Assembly (NCBI GenBank): GCA_965287045.1
Contig: OZ336873.1
Location: forward strand, 30,566,001 to 30,630,000
From: Carcharhinus amblyrhynchos
Lineage: Eukaryota
Length of the DNA: 64,000 nucleotides
Direction: 5' to 3'
The first letter of the stretch is position 1; each line of letters begins with the position of its first letter. The position numbers and the translations under genes are program-made. This document shows, one piece after another, positions 52,541 through 64,000 of the stretch. The notes beneath the pieces are model-generated. The model had not been told where the DNA came from and ran no database searches. It saw only the letters and a program-made list of their open reading frames with translations.

Positions 52541-52989
52541 ATTCCCCAGAATCTACAAGGTAATGAAGTGATTAAATCAAACTTTTCAATATATTAAGAA
52601 CATATAAGATTGGGGTGTCTAGAATTAGAGAATTATTTAGCTAGGGCTGACTCTTTGTAGAAACAAAGAACCTCTCTGTTATTACAAAAATGGCAGTAGA
52701 AGCATAGATCCAGAAGCCCCCTGAATATGGCACCTACCATTTTTCCAGGGGTCACATAGGGTGAACGGTTCCTAAGTTGCACGTCTGTAGTTCGTGGAGG
52801 CAATTTGACATGTTAAAGTGCAGATGCCACAGGCTGATTTGACTTTTGCTAGTGGGGTGTTCAAACACAACTTGCTCACTTTAGACCTGCTTGGAAACAG
52901 TATTCTTTTGTTTATGGTCCTGGCCATTTGGGAAAGGTACACTCTTCTAGACATGAAGCTGCATAAAAAGTGCCTATATCATCGAAACT

Positions 52990-53205
52990 ATCAAATCAAC
53001 TGTCAAAAGGAGCAGTCAAAAGAACAGTCAAAAGGAATGGTCAAGCAAGCTGTCAAAAAGGAGCGATCAAAAGGAACTGTTAAAAGGAATTGTCAACAAT
53101 CCAGCAGTTAAACTGCTGCCAAGCTGTTAAACAAGCTGCCAAGTTGTCAATGTATTTAAAACTCCTGCCCTTCAAATACTTGAAAAAGAACTGTTGACAG
53201 TGTTA
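52990..53205. repeat. Degenerate CTGTCAAA/CTGTTAAA array in a TIR element
   Basis: Repeated ctgtcaaaagga / ctgttaaa units; related array in reverse at 55930-56030. Confidence 0.65.
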
Positions 53206-56200
53206 AAAAATAGTGCTTGCTATTTCACTCTGTCTGTTGGCAAAAGCCTGAGGGTTATCATTTACAGGATTAGTGATGCATGACTGATTTCACAATCTTT
53301 CATCATCAGTCTGGCAATTCACAATTTGACTGACGGCTCTAAGCAATGATAAACATTTTGAAGTGGAACTATGAATACTAATGCTTGCTTTTATAAGGGA
53401 TTAAATTTAATTAAATATAATAAATGGCTTTTATCACTAAATGTGATTTAATAGTGAATTAATCAATAAACATTTAATAATTTTATTTAATGTCAGCATA
53501 GATTCTGAGGTCTGCCCATTAAGGATGCAGTGTGAGTTGGCATGATAGGTATACGGGCAAAGTGTGGTGGGTGGGCACATATTGGCATGAATTGGCATAG
53601 GGTTATAGAAGGGGTAGGCAGAAGAACATAGGTTCACACTTCGAGTATGAAAGGCCATGAAGGTGGGTGAAGGAGTGTAAGTTGGAATGGGGGCCTTGGG
53701 GGTGGGTAGTGGGGCATAGACTAGCATGAAAGATATGAAGGTCCATGGAGATGGGTGCAGGCATAATGTGCAATGGAGGGGCACTAGGAGTGTTGGGTGG
53801 GTGGGTTTAACTTCATCATCTTCTTTCATAGCTTTGACAGAATGTCTGTGCACCAAGGCAAACATTTTTTCCAGCCCAGCTCTACGCCTGGAAGCCTCCA
53901 CACTGATTTCAGGGTCGCCCACACTACTCCCATAAAAGCCAGCGCCAACTCTGGAACAAAAATCTGAAGTTCTGGGGTACAGTTTCCCAGGTTTGGAATG
54001 AAGAGTGGGGATAATTCCTGGCTCTACACTCCCAACCAGGGAATACAAATTCTGGCCTTGGACTTAGTTTTTCTGGTTTCATGCAGGGCAATGGACAACA
54101 AGACCTCCGCTGGATCTAGTCCAATCTAATTCATTTTGCTCCATCCCCGGAGGTCTCCTGCACTTGGAGGTCCTCCTCAAATGTAGACTGAAATTGCCCT
54201 GCCATTCACATCCTGCTGCCGCTGTCAGCGAGAACGGACAGTTTGTTACTCAGCCAAATCTCTGGTCACTGCAGCGGGACTGGAGAATCCCAGCTGCGAG
54301 TGAAGTTGGAGAAACTGGCCAGAACTTTACTAGACTCTTCAGAAGTGAAATTAGGAAACACTTCAACACAGAAAGGGGATTAAAAGTTTTGGCCCCTCTT
54401 CCAAAAAATGATAATTTGAAGACAATCAAGTGTAATTATTTGATCTAAAATTGATGGATTTTGTTTATGTAAAGGTATTAAGGGATATGGAATTAGATCA
54501 CAGATCAACCATGATCTCACTGAATAGTGAAACAGGCTCGAGGCGCTAAATAGTCCACTCCTGTTCCAATGTAGCTGTGAAGACTGATGGAAATCTATTG
54601 GTGGTTTTAGCTTCCTTGCCAATTCAAATTTTACACTCTTACTGTTCTGCTGTGGTGCAGAATTCTTTCCTATACTTGTGAACTACAAACTTTTTTGTAT
54701 CCATTCCGGGCACATCTAGTGCTGTCGAAAGTAACTAATGTATTTGATGTATAGGCATTAAACAAAGCTAACGTAATGAGATGACATGTCTGATTTACAC
54801 AAGGGTCATTACTCCACTGAAGTGACTAGGAAAGTTTTTCAGCAGTGAATACTCAAAATGTAATTCCTTTTGTTTGTGATTAGTGCCTTGGGATCTTGAG
54901 CAGCCCTGGCACACGGTTACCATCCTCAATGAAGGACACCTCGGTTCTGAAATCACCTTATTCATTATAATGACACAACTGTTGCTCTGCGATGTCCCTT
55001 GCTCCCTTGAGCCTCTGCTTATGTATCCCAAGATTAGTATATACTTGAAGTGGAATCTGATACATAGATGTCTAAAATGCTCTCACGTGAAATTAAATAT
55101 TTCTATTGTTGGGCAAAATAGTAGTTTCACATATGAAACAAAACCTTCAATTGTTGCCTTCAAACTATCTATAACCCTTTGCACAATGGTTTAGCAGGGT
55201 AAAGCTCAACAGCAAGAAACACATGGACAACGTTAAATGATTAGAACACAACCATTTTGTTTCATGCATGATGAAGGAAAATCATTTAACTCATAAGCAT
55301 TGTAGGAACAAAAGGATTTACAAATCTCTGTTTGCGTAATATTCTCCTTCTGTTATTTGTGATGGTTCGATATAACGATGTATTTATTCATTTACTGTGC
55401 TGTACTTTCATGCCTGCTTCTTGATTTACACCGGTTAACTTTTGCAGCTGACAGAATGGTACGTGGCCCAGGATTTCACTCCCAGGTCTCCGCCCGGCTC
55501 TGTGAGCCTAAGCTTTCAAACTGACAGGCTGGATTAGAAATTGGGCCTGCCACCCCTGGAATAATGCAGAGGCTGCTGGGTGCAGAGGCTGGCATAGTGA
55601 AAGACCAACCTCTACGTCTGGCAATTTGTTGAATTAAATAAAAAAAGATTGCAGCCAAAAAAAAAGCCATACCCCACAGTCGCTCTTCTCTGGGTCCTGC
55701 ACACTCCCCTTGTTCCATCTATACTAACCTATGCTACCTCAGGTCCTCCGCCCCCTTTCAACTCATACCCTTCTATCCTCCCCCATGGACCCTAATGCCC
55801 CCTATTCAGCTGAAAACTCCATGGATCCTGATTGCCCCATGGCAACTTAATGCTAGCTCATGTCAACCTATACCTCCTGCTCATCACCCTTTGCCCTAAC
55901 CACTCCATTCCATCTCACATAGCATACTTTTACAGTTTCTTAACAGCTTTGACAGTTCTTTGACAGCCTGACAGTTTTGGTACTTACTTGTCAGTTTGAC
56001 AGTTCTTTGACAGTTTGGTAGTTCTTCAATAGAATAGATATTTCCATTGAGTTCCAAAATATATTGTTAGGAACCATTGCCACAACTCAACTGAGGCTCC
56101 AGAATGTGGGAAGTCTGAGCACTGGCCCATTACAATCATGATTATGTTTGGAGTGGACACTCCTGAAACGTTCTGCAGAAGGCCAGGATATCCATGTCCT

Positions 56201-56394
56201 AGCCTAGTCTTATCCTCTGGTATAACCTTGTCAAATTTAAGGTGGGAATGTATCAGAAGAGAGCTTTTGAATGGTGAAATGAGTAATTTTCACAGGGATT
56301 TTCACTGTAACTTAATTGCGGTGTTAATGTAAACCTACATGTGACAACTAAGAAATAAGCTTTAAAACTTTAAAAAGTGTTCCAGAGCACCAGA

Positions 56395-56522
56395 GGGCAG
56401 AATTTTACTGCTCAGCCCACCATAGGAATCAAAGCAGGTTGACGGACGGAGCATGGAAAGGTCCATTCACCTTGGGCAGGATTTCACAGTTTTGGGATGA
56501 ACGAAGCTGTAAAATCCTGCCC
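56395..56522. mobile_element. MITE (Harbinger-like)
   Basis: TIRs gggcagaattttac / gtaaaatcctgccc; a related copy follows at 56593-56728. Confidence 0.75.
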
Positions 56523-56592
56523 ATAATGTGAGTTACAATGAAAAATACTGGAACTAGAGTTCCAAAGATAATTCTTTTTGGACTCAAAATTT

Positions 56593-56728
56593 GGGGTAAA
56601 TCTTCCAGTCCCACCCGCCATAGGAATCGTGGCTGGCAGGACAGAAAATTTGGCAGAATATTCAAGGGTTCATTGAATTTAGGTGGGAATTTCTGGTTTA
56701 GGTGCGAGCGCAGTCGGAAAATCCCGCC
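56593..56728. mobile_element. MITE (Harbinger-like)
   Basis: Shares ccca/gccataggaatc with the 56395 copy; ends ggaaaatcccgcc. Confidence 0.6.
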
Positions 56729-57015
56729 TGTTAACTCTCTTCACAGATGCTGTCACGCTGCTGAGATTTTCCAGTACTTTCTGTTTTTATTACTGGAAAT
56801 ACTTAGTGGGTCCATAATAAAATATTTAAACATGATGAAATATTAAACTGTCCTTTTTTATTCAACGTTTAATTACAGAATCGGAAGTTTTTTTTTCATT
56901 TTCTCTCCACTGTTCAAGTGATAATGTCACTAATTCAATGGTATCGACAGTAACAGAAATAGACATGAACACTGAGCTTAGATTTGCATGATACTACTTT
57001 ACTGGAATAGAATGT

Positions 57016-57940
57016 ATAGAACATAGAACATAGAACATAGAACATTACAGCGCAGAACAGGCCCTTCGGCCCACGATGTTGCGCCGACCAGTTACAAAAA
57101 CAATGACCCACTAGCCTATACCAATCCCTTTTCGTCCATAAACCTATCCAGAGATCTCTTAAACGCCCCCAAACTAGACGCATTTACAACTGCAGCAGGC
57201 AGGGCATTCCAATCCCTCACCACCCGCTGGGTAAAGAACCTACCCCTGACATCCGTCCTGTAGCTACCCCCCCTTAATTTAAAGCCATGCCCCCTCGTGC
57301 TAGCTTTCTCCATCCGAGGAAAAAGGCTATCACTATCCACCCTATCTAAACCTCTAATCATCTTATATGTTTCAATAAGATCCCCTCTTAGCCGCCTTCT
57401 TTCCAACGAAAACAACCCTAAATCCCTCAGTCTCTCCTCATAGGACCTCCCCACCATACCAGGCAACATCCTAGTAAACCTCCTCTGCACCCTCTCCAAC
57501 GCCTCCACATCCTTCTTGTAATGCGGGGACCAGAACTGCACACAGTACTCCAAGTGCGGCCGCACTAGAGTAGTGTACAGTTGCAACATTACACTGCGAC
57601 TCCTAAATTCAATCCCCCTACCAATAAACGCCAAGACACCGTACGCCTTCTTAACGACCTTATCTACTTGATTCCCAACTTTCAGGGATCTATGTACACA
57701 CACACCTAGATCCCTCTGTTCATCCACACTATTCAAAGTCCTCCCGTTAGCCCTATACTCGACACATCTGTTGCTCCTACCAAAGTGAATTACCTCACAC
57801 TTCTCCGCATTAAATTCCATCCGCCACCTCTCAGCCCAGCTCTGCAACCTATCTAAGTCTCCCTGCAGACTATGACACCCTTCCTCACAATCTACCACAC
57901 CTCCAATTTTGGTGTCATCAGCAAATTTACTAATCCACCC
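57016..57940 (-). mobile_element. Young 5'-truncated CR1/HER1 LINE (RT domain, open frame)
   Basis: ORF 57116-57952: ISKFADDTK catalytic motif, RPHLEYCVQFWSP, RRRLRGDLIE, FFTQRVV..WNALP; (AACATAG)n tail. Confidence 0.96.
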
Positions 57941-58029
57941 ATATATTAACATATTATTATTATTATTAACATATTATTAATATATATTAACATATTTGTT
58001 GTAAATACAACATAAAAGTTGTTCTGAAC

Positions 58030-58580
58030 TTCATGCTTGAAGAGATACCCAAAGAGTGTTGAGAGTATGGAACCTGCAATCACTAGGAGTTGTTGAAGCA
58101 AATACTTTTGATGTATTTAAAGGAAAGCTTGACAAATATTTGCGGGAGAATGGAATAATGGATTACAATGAGGGGATGAGAGGACATAGGTTCAAGGTGA
58201 GGGGCAGGAGGTTTGGGGGGATGTGAGGAAAAGCTTTTTTACCCAAAGGATGGTGACGGCCTGGAATGCGCTGCCTGGGAGAATGGTGGAGGTGGGTTGC
58301 CTCACATCCTTTAAAAAGTTTCTGAATGAGCACTTGGCACGCTATAACACCCAACGCTATGGAGCAACTGCTGGAAGATGGCTAGGTAGGAGTTCAGGTG
58401 CTTCTAATGTGTCAGTGAGGACTTGATGGGCCAAAGGGCCTCTTCTGCGCCATCTGAATCTATGATCCTACGAATGCTAGAGTTAGATGAGGAAAGATGG
58501 AAGGAGCGTTAAATGGAGAATAAATACCAGCTTGATCTAAATAGGCTGAATGGCCTATTTCAGTGCTATATATCATATGC
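58030..58580 (+). mobile_element. Nested CR1 3' fragments
   Basis: RGHRFKVRG...FFTQRMVTAWNALP (58165-58465) inside an older CR1 3' end. Confidence 0.75.
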
Positions 58581-59274
58581 AACCCTGAATAAATATTTCC
58601 TCCACTCCCGCTCCCCCCGACTCCATCACAGAACCCCTGATGTTATCAAACCTTTGTGCTTGCTTTTGTTAAATTGGATTTTTTTTTCTGCAGGTATGCA
58701 CAGTCTGGATATCTTCTCCAGATTTTCATCATCTTGTGTCTGTTCACTGCTGCAAACTGGCTCCTTTCAGCATGCTACCTAAATATCACTTTATGATAAA
58801 TGTTCTCTGGTCTACTCCTAATATTTCAAAGTCACTTCTTGTGCTAAATAAATGGGAATTTGCAAGAAGTCGAATTAGGCCAAGTAAGTAGCACTGCAAG
58901 GTGGAAATTTAGTGCAAACATTTGAATTATCAGGTAATTTCATTTCAGCAATTCTGGATTAAGTAACTTTCCACCAGGCTGATTCATGTCATCCTCCATC
59001 CTGAGTGGAGATAAATAAAAGTAAGACAGTTTGATCTGAATCCAAATAGATTCTTAAATTGTGTTTTTCTTCAAATCCCTGGATCCAAGTTTATAGTTTT
59101 TATACAGTGAGCCAAAACCTCAATGTGCATCATTGTCCTAAGGATTCCCACAATGGAATAAACAAAGCAAATTTGTGTTTAGCATCACCGAAACAGGCTT
59201 TTGCTTGTAAATCGTGGAGTTGACATACATACAAGACCTGACGCTGCTGATGTTTACCATGATAAGAAGCAACA

Positions 59275-59992
59275 GTAGAATGTACTCGAGAAACAGTATC
59301 CCACCTTTCAATTGAGCACCTTACAGCCTTCCAGACTCAGCACTGAGTTCAACAATTCCAAACTTTATGCTCCCATTTTATTTCCTTTCTTCCCAGTTTA
59401 CACCCCTTTTTACTCCAGCTTTTATTTCTAGACAACAACTGTTCATCACTCTGCCTTTCACACCTCATCTAAGGGGTCAGTTTAGCTCTGTTGCCCAAAC
59501 GACTGGTTTGTGATGCAGAGTGACGCCAATAGTGCGGGTTCAATTACTGTACCAGCTGAGGTTATTCATTGGAGGTTCTGCCTTCTTAACTTTGCCTCTC
59601 ACCTGAGATTTGGTGATCCTCAGGTTAAATCACCACCAGTCAGACCTCCTCCTCAAAGGGCAAAGCAGCTTATGGTCATCTGGGACTATGGCGACTTTCA
59701 GACACATCTTTTGTTTTTTTATTAGTTTTATTACCACTCCCATTTGCCTTGCACCATGAACACTTTTGTTATTTAATCTCTCCTGTCTTCTACACTATCA
59801 CAGAATTTCCATCTTGTTCTCCCACCTCCCCCCACACCATCCACCCTTCCTTTTACTTGCTTTAAACTATTGCCTTCCTTCTTTCCCCAGTACTGATCAA
59901 AGACCATGGACCTAAAATAGTAACTCTGGTTCTCTCTCCATGGATGCTGCCTGCTCCGTTGAGCATTTCCAGCATTTTTTGTTTTTATTTCA
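59275..59992 (+). mobile_element. Penelope-like element 3' relic (GIY-YIG C-terminus plus pseudo-LTR), interrupted by a SINE
   Basis: aaacagtatcccacctttcaattgagcaccttacagccttccagactcagcactgagttcaac ~ EQHLIFRLGTLQPSGLNIEFN; pLTR ctgatcaaagaccatggacctaaaa...catttccagcattttttg. Confidence 0.75.
59474..59700 (+). mobile_element. tRNA-derived SINE
   Basis: A-box-like ggtcagtttagctc and B-box-like gcgggttcaatt; splits a duplicated tc(t)agaca/cacatct context. Confidence 0.65.
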
Positions 59993-60274
59993 GAATGCTG
60001 TCACTTTGGAAGCTTCATACCGACAGGAAAATGTTCCCTCTTTTACTGAGGACCATTTCTTTGAGTGGATCTGCACACCCACACTCTTTTTCCCTTTGGG
60101 GAATAGTGGGGAGAAGTGGTGAAAGGATTCCTGAGCTGAACATCAGCCCTTTGAACCATATTATGAATGCTCCTTCTGTAGCCATTAAGACATGGTGTTG
60201 GACTTGAACTCGGAACTTCTAGTCCAGAGCTAGGACACTTCCATTGTGCCACAAGACCTGCCAAGAAATGTATG

Positions 60275-60530
60275 ACACTGCTTAAACACATTCTGGAAAG
60301 AGGTTTCAAGCCCAGTTTTCTTGAATGCCATTTGAAAGTTGACACTTCATCCACTGCAGCATTCACTGTCAGACTGCTCTGTCTGAGGCCAGAACTCTCC
60401 ATTCACCTGACGAAGGGACTAACCCCAAAAGCTTGTGAGTATATTATCAAATAAATAGGTTGGACTAAAACCTGGTGTTGTCAGACTTTTTACTGTGTTT
60501 ACGCCAGTCCAACGCCGGCATACCCACATC
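60275..60530 (+). mobile_element. Penelope pseudo-LTR with degenerate type I hammerhead ribozyme
   Basis: tcac-CTGACGA-a-gggactaacccc-AAAA-gctt-gtga at 60403-60438; downstream matches the right arm of 9005-9195. Confidence 0.7.
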
Positions 60531-60811
60531 AAGACGGCAGAATAACAAGTCTCCCAAGTAATCTTCAGAAAACTTAATTAAGATCATGCCAGATCAATTC
60601 TCTACACAATTGCTCCCATTTGGGTTTGCAGTGTTTACATCTAATTGTATCCTTTGAAGGTAGGAGACTCCACTTTAGGGGTATATTTGATACCTGCCTG
60701 TTCCGTGCATCCGAAAAAGCATAAGACCATTTGGCCCATCGAGTCTACTCCATCATTCAATGAGATCATGATCTGATGTAATAATCCTCATCTCCACTTT
60801 CCTGCCTTTTT

Positions 60812-61265
60812 AAAATTCATTTGTGGGCCATGGACATTACTGGCTAGCCAGCAGTTAGCGCCTATCCCTAGTTGCCCTTGCCTAGGCCATTTCAGAGAGC
60901 AGATGAGAATCAACCACATTGCTGTGGCTCAAGGGTCACACGTAGGCCAGACCAGGTAAGTACGGCAGATTTCCTTCCCTAAAGGACATTAGTGAACTAG
61001 ATGGGTTTTTCTGATAATCGACAATGGTTTCATGGTCATCAGTATACTCTTAGAACAAAGAACAACACAGCACGGGAAACAGGCCCTTCGGCCCAACGAG
61101 CCTGCGCTGCCATTTTAACATTGTGAGTTCTCTCTCAATTCCAGATATTATTTTTTGAATTTAAATTCCACCATCTGCCATGGTGGGATTCCAACCCAGG
61201 TCCCCAGATCCCTAACTGAGTTTCTGGATTAATTGTCTAACAATAAAAGCAATAGGCCATCACCT
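60812..61265 (-). mobile_element. tRNA-derived SINE-like repeat (family C), inside a CR1 tail, with a CR1-tail insert at ~61050-61110
   Basis: Body matches 50643-50990. Confidence 0.75.
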
Positions 61266-61859
61266 TATCCCGACAACCCTTCATTCCATTACTGATCTGA
61301 TTTGAGGTTTGGACGCCCACACAGCTGTGGAGTTTGATAGCAAAGAGAGGGGATGGGAGGTGAGAAGTTGCCCAATTGCAGTAGTGGAGGTGAAACAATT
61401 CAATGCTGCAATGACATTAGGCTATGATATTTTTCTGGTTAAATTAACTAAAAAGGACTAGGTAAACTTCCTCAGCCATGATTACTTTGTGTATCTTAAT
61501 GGCTTTGGCTGGAGAATATAATGAACTAGCCATGTTACAAACTGCATAATTTGTAGAATGCTTGGCAATTAAGTGGGTGGGACTTAAAGTCGCTAAACTC
61601 TCAAAGCTGCTGAGGACTTTGGGCTGAAAGAGGAAAAGTTGAAACGTATTAATTTGCCTCCATATTCATGGAGCTGAGAAAGGTGCCTATGTTTTAATCA
61701 GGCAAATTCATACTAAATCCTATCAAATCTGAGTTGAATCCAAAGTGGAGAATTGAAGCAGAGAATCAGGAAGACTGTGGTTCCCAGTCTCATGGGAATA
61801 TGCCTTTTACACTGTGGCTAGTTTAAATAATAAGTAAGAATCCAGAATAGACAGGCTGC

Positions 61860-62720
61860 TAATGCTTATCACATGAAATGCAGCAAGACCTGGGCAGCAT
61901 CCAGATTCAAGCTGATAAGTAACATTTGTGCCACATAAGCGCCAAGCAATGATCAAGTAGTTGAGGTCTAACTAACTGTCCTTGACTCTCAATATTGCTG
62001 CCCTTTCTGAAACTCTCTGGGAACGACCCTTGACCAGACACTCTGACTGGTCCAGTCAGAGGAATATAGTGGCTAATAAAGCAGGTCAGGCACTATGGAT
62101 TTTGCAGAGATTGGCTCACCTTGTGATTCCCAAAGCCCCTCCAACACCTATAAAACACAGGTTAGGAATATGATAGAACATGTTCCACCTACCTGGATGT
62201 GTAAAGCTGCAAGAACACTAAAGAATCACAACCTAATCAAATCAGGGAACTTGATCAGTGGTTTAATCAATGGCCTAAACATACAGTCTCTCCATTATTG
62301 GTGTACCATGGCTGCAAGGTGCAGAGAATGCACTTCAGCAACTCAAGGTTGCTTTAGCAGCTCCTCTCAAATCCACAACCTCCACCTCCTGAAGGTAAGG
62401 GCACAGATGCATATGATAATATTGCTTCCAAACTCCCTCCCAAGTAATACAACATGGGTGGAATTTTTCGGCCATTTACGGGACTCCCTGCTTCCGCTGC
62501 AGTGAACGGAGTTTTGGCTGAGTACCAAATTCTCCATCCTTGCTTACAACAGCACTGGGGCGTGAATAGTCAGAAAATTCTGGCCAATATGTTTTGGGTA
62601 CATTACCTTTTATTCAACATGACTTGGTCAAAATCCTGGAACTTTCTGCCTACTGGCATGTAAAGAAGCATCTTCGCTACCTGGTCCACAGCAACTCAAG
62701 GAAACACACCAGTACCATTG
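61860..62720 (+). mobile_element. Old CR1-like LINE RT/3' fragment interrupted by a MITE (62456-62584)
   Basis: TYKTQVRNMIEHVPPTWM (YKAQVRSVMEYSPLAWM-like), LNIQSLHY; MITE ends gggtggaatttt / aaaattctggcc. Confidence 0.7.
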
Positions 62721-63169
62721 AAGGACAACTGGGATCGTTAAGTGACATCCACATTCTGAGGGTGAAATTTACAGGAGATTGTGATCCAGTATAGTGAGAG
62801 TCTTGGATATGAGCTTTGGCATCTTAGGTAATATTGCTGACCTTCATCAGATTGTCCAATTAAAGCAAGGTTTTGTTTCCACCACAAAAAAAATAAATAG
62901 AAAAATGAACCAGTTGATAAACATTCCAGAAGGAACAGTTGATATTCTCTCCTGGTTCTGCTAAACAAAGGGTTTAAATTAAGACAGATTACTTGCAAGT
63001 TCTTTTGGTTCTCACGCTTATATGTGCATTGATAATATGGGATAGCCAAGATAGTCACTACACTTCGTCTGAAAAGGTTCTCAAAATACACTTTGGGTCC
63101 TCGTCAGCATGTACTAATGCAAAGCAGTGCATGCTGGGCCCTTCCCTCCCCAACCTCAGTTGCGAACAG

Positions 63170-63428
63170 CAGCACGGTAACACAGTGGTTAGCACTGTTG
63201 CTTCACAGTGCCAGGAACCTGAGTTCGATTCCCAGCTTGGGTCACTGCCTGTGTGGAATTTGCACGTTCTCTCTGTGTCTGCGTGGGTTTCCTCCGGGTG
63301 CTCCAGTTTCCTCCCACAGTCTGCAAGACATGCTGGTTAGGCACATTAACCCGTACAGGTGCCAGACTGCGACAACTAGGGGAATTTCACAGTAAATTCA
63401 TTGCAGTGTAAATGTAAGTCTTGCTTGT
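63170..63428 (+). mobile_element. HE1-type V-SINE, variant B
   Basis: gcacggtaacacagtggttagcac head and cagtaaattcattgcagtgt tail. Confidence 0.85.
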
Positions 63429-64000
63429 TTAGTTTAGATAACTAAATCTAGCTAGTTTAGATTAGTTACCTAAAACTAATATTTTAAGATATTAGTCCAG
63501 ATTATAGTGACCATTCTGCATAACCACTATGATTTCTGACTCTTTTAATTCCCTTTTTTTGTGGCACTGAAAGATATTTTAACCGAACAAACCTCAAACT
63601 CAAGATCAGAAAACAACCGATGAAGTTCGAAACGTCAGTTATTTATAATAACTGCCACACTCCTAACTGTTATCGTGAGATTAATGAAAGTGATGATGGC
63701 TGAAATAATGACTCTCAGCCGTAGCTTATAGTGAAGAAATCTTATCATATGATGAAACTCTGATTTCAGCTCTGTAGAGGTTAAACCAGAAAGTTTCCTT
63801 GAGGTTCAATGATAAATGCCAAACATATAGCTATACTTCCAAAGATATTCAGATCAATTAACTGGATTTCCAAAAACAGTCCAGAGCATTTAAAAAGGGG
63901 AGCTTTCAAAGAAATAGCCAGGTATGAAAGCAAAGTCACTGTTGCATTGTGAAAGCAACTTATTTTTCTTTCTCCTTCTGGAGTTGCATATCTCTCCAGA

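Larger units (their letters stand above)
51725..54570 (+). mobile_element. Old CR1 LINE split by an HE1 SINE (52245-52540) and TIR elements (~52645-54325)
   Basis: CR1 RT-like pieces at 51725-52155, 52545-52640 and 54325-54570 are colinear with the 21180/23750 CR1 copy. Confidence 0.6.

Noticed and set aside
53437-54048. 203-aa minus-strand ORF
   Set aside because: Low-complexity Pro/His/Thr-rich translation of the G-rich interior of a non-autonomous transposon.

Overview
Eukaryotic, repeat-rich, essentially non-coding DNA from a cartilaginous fish, most likely a shark. The inference rests on many HE1-type V-SINEs, HER1/CR1 LINE ends and SacSINE1/DeuSINE-like copies. I found no convincing host protein-coding exon. 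The only real coding remnants are from transposable elements: CR1 reverse transcriptase (FADD motif), a Rex1/Babar RT tail, a Penelope GIY-YIG tail, a PIF/Harbinger DDE transposase and a Harbinger Myb/SANT-like ORF. Between the repeats lie long TE-poor, AT-rich stretches with PBX/MEIS/HOX motifs (candidate conserved enhancers) and several minus-strand exon-like segments with stops in all frames (candidate lncRNA or 5' UTR exons). The most notable direct observations are: (i) two ~96%-identical inverted micro-duplications (69 and 83 bp), each about 1.7 kb from its template; (ii) templated fold-back or iterative insertions at the 5' junctions of young LINEs; (iii) Penelope-derived hairpin elements carrying degenerate minimal hammerhead ribozymes. 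I found no CRISPR array or prokaryote-like system. Repeat boundaries were read by eye and are approximate (about +/-20 bp). Family names come from recognition, not from a database search.
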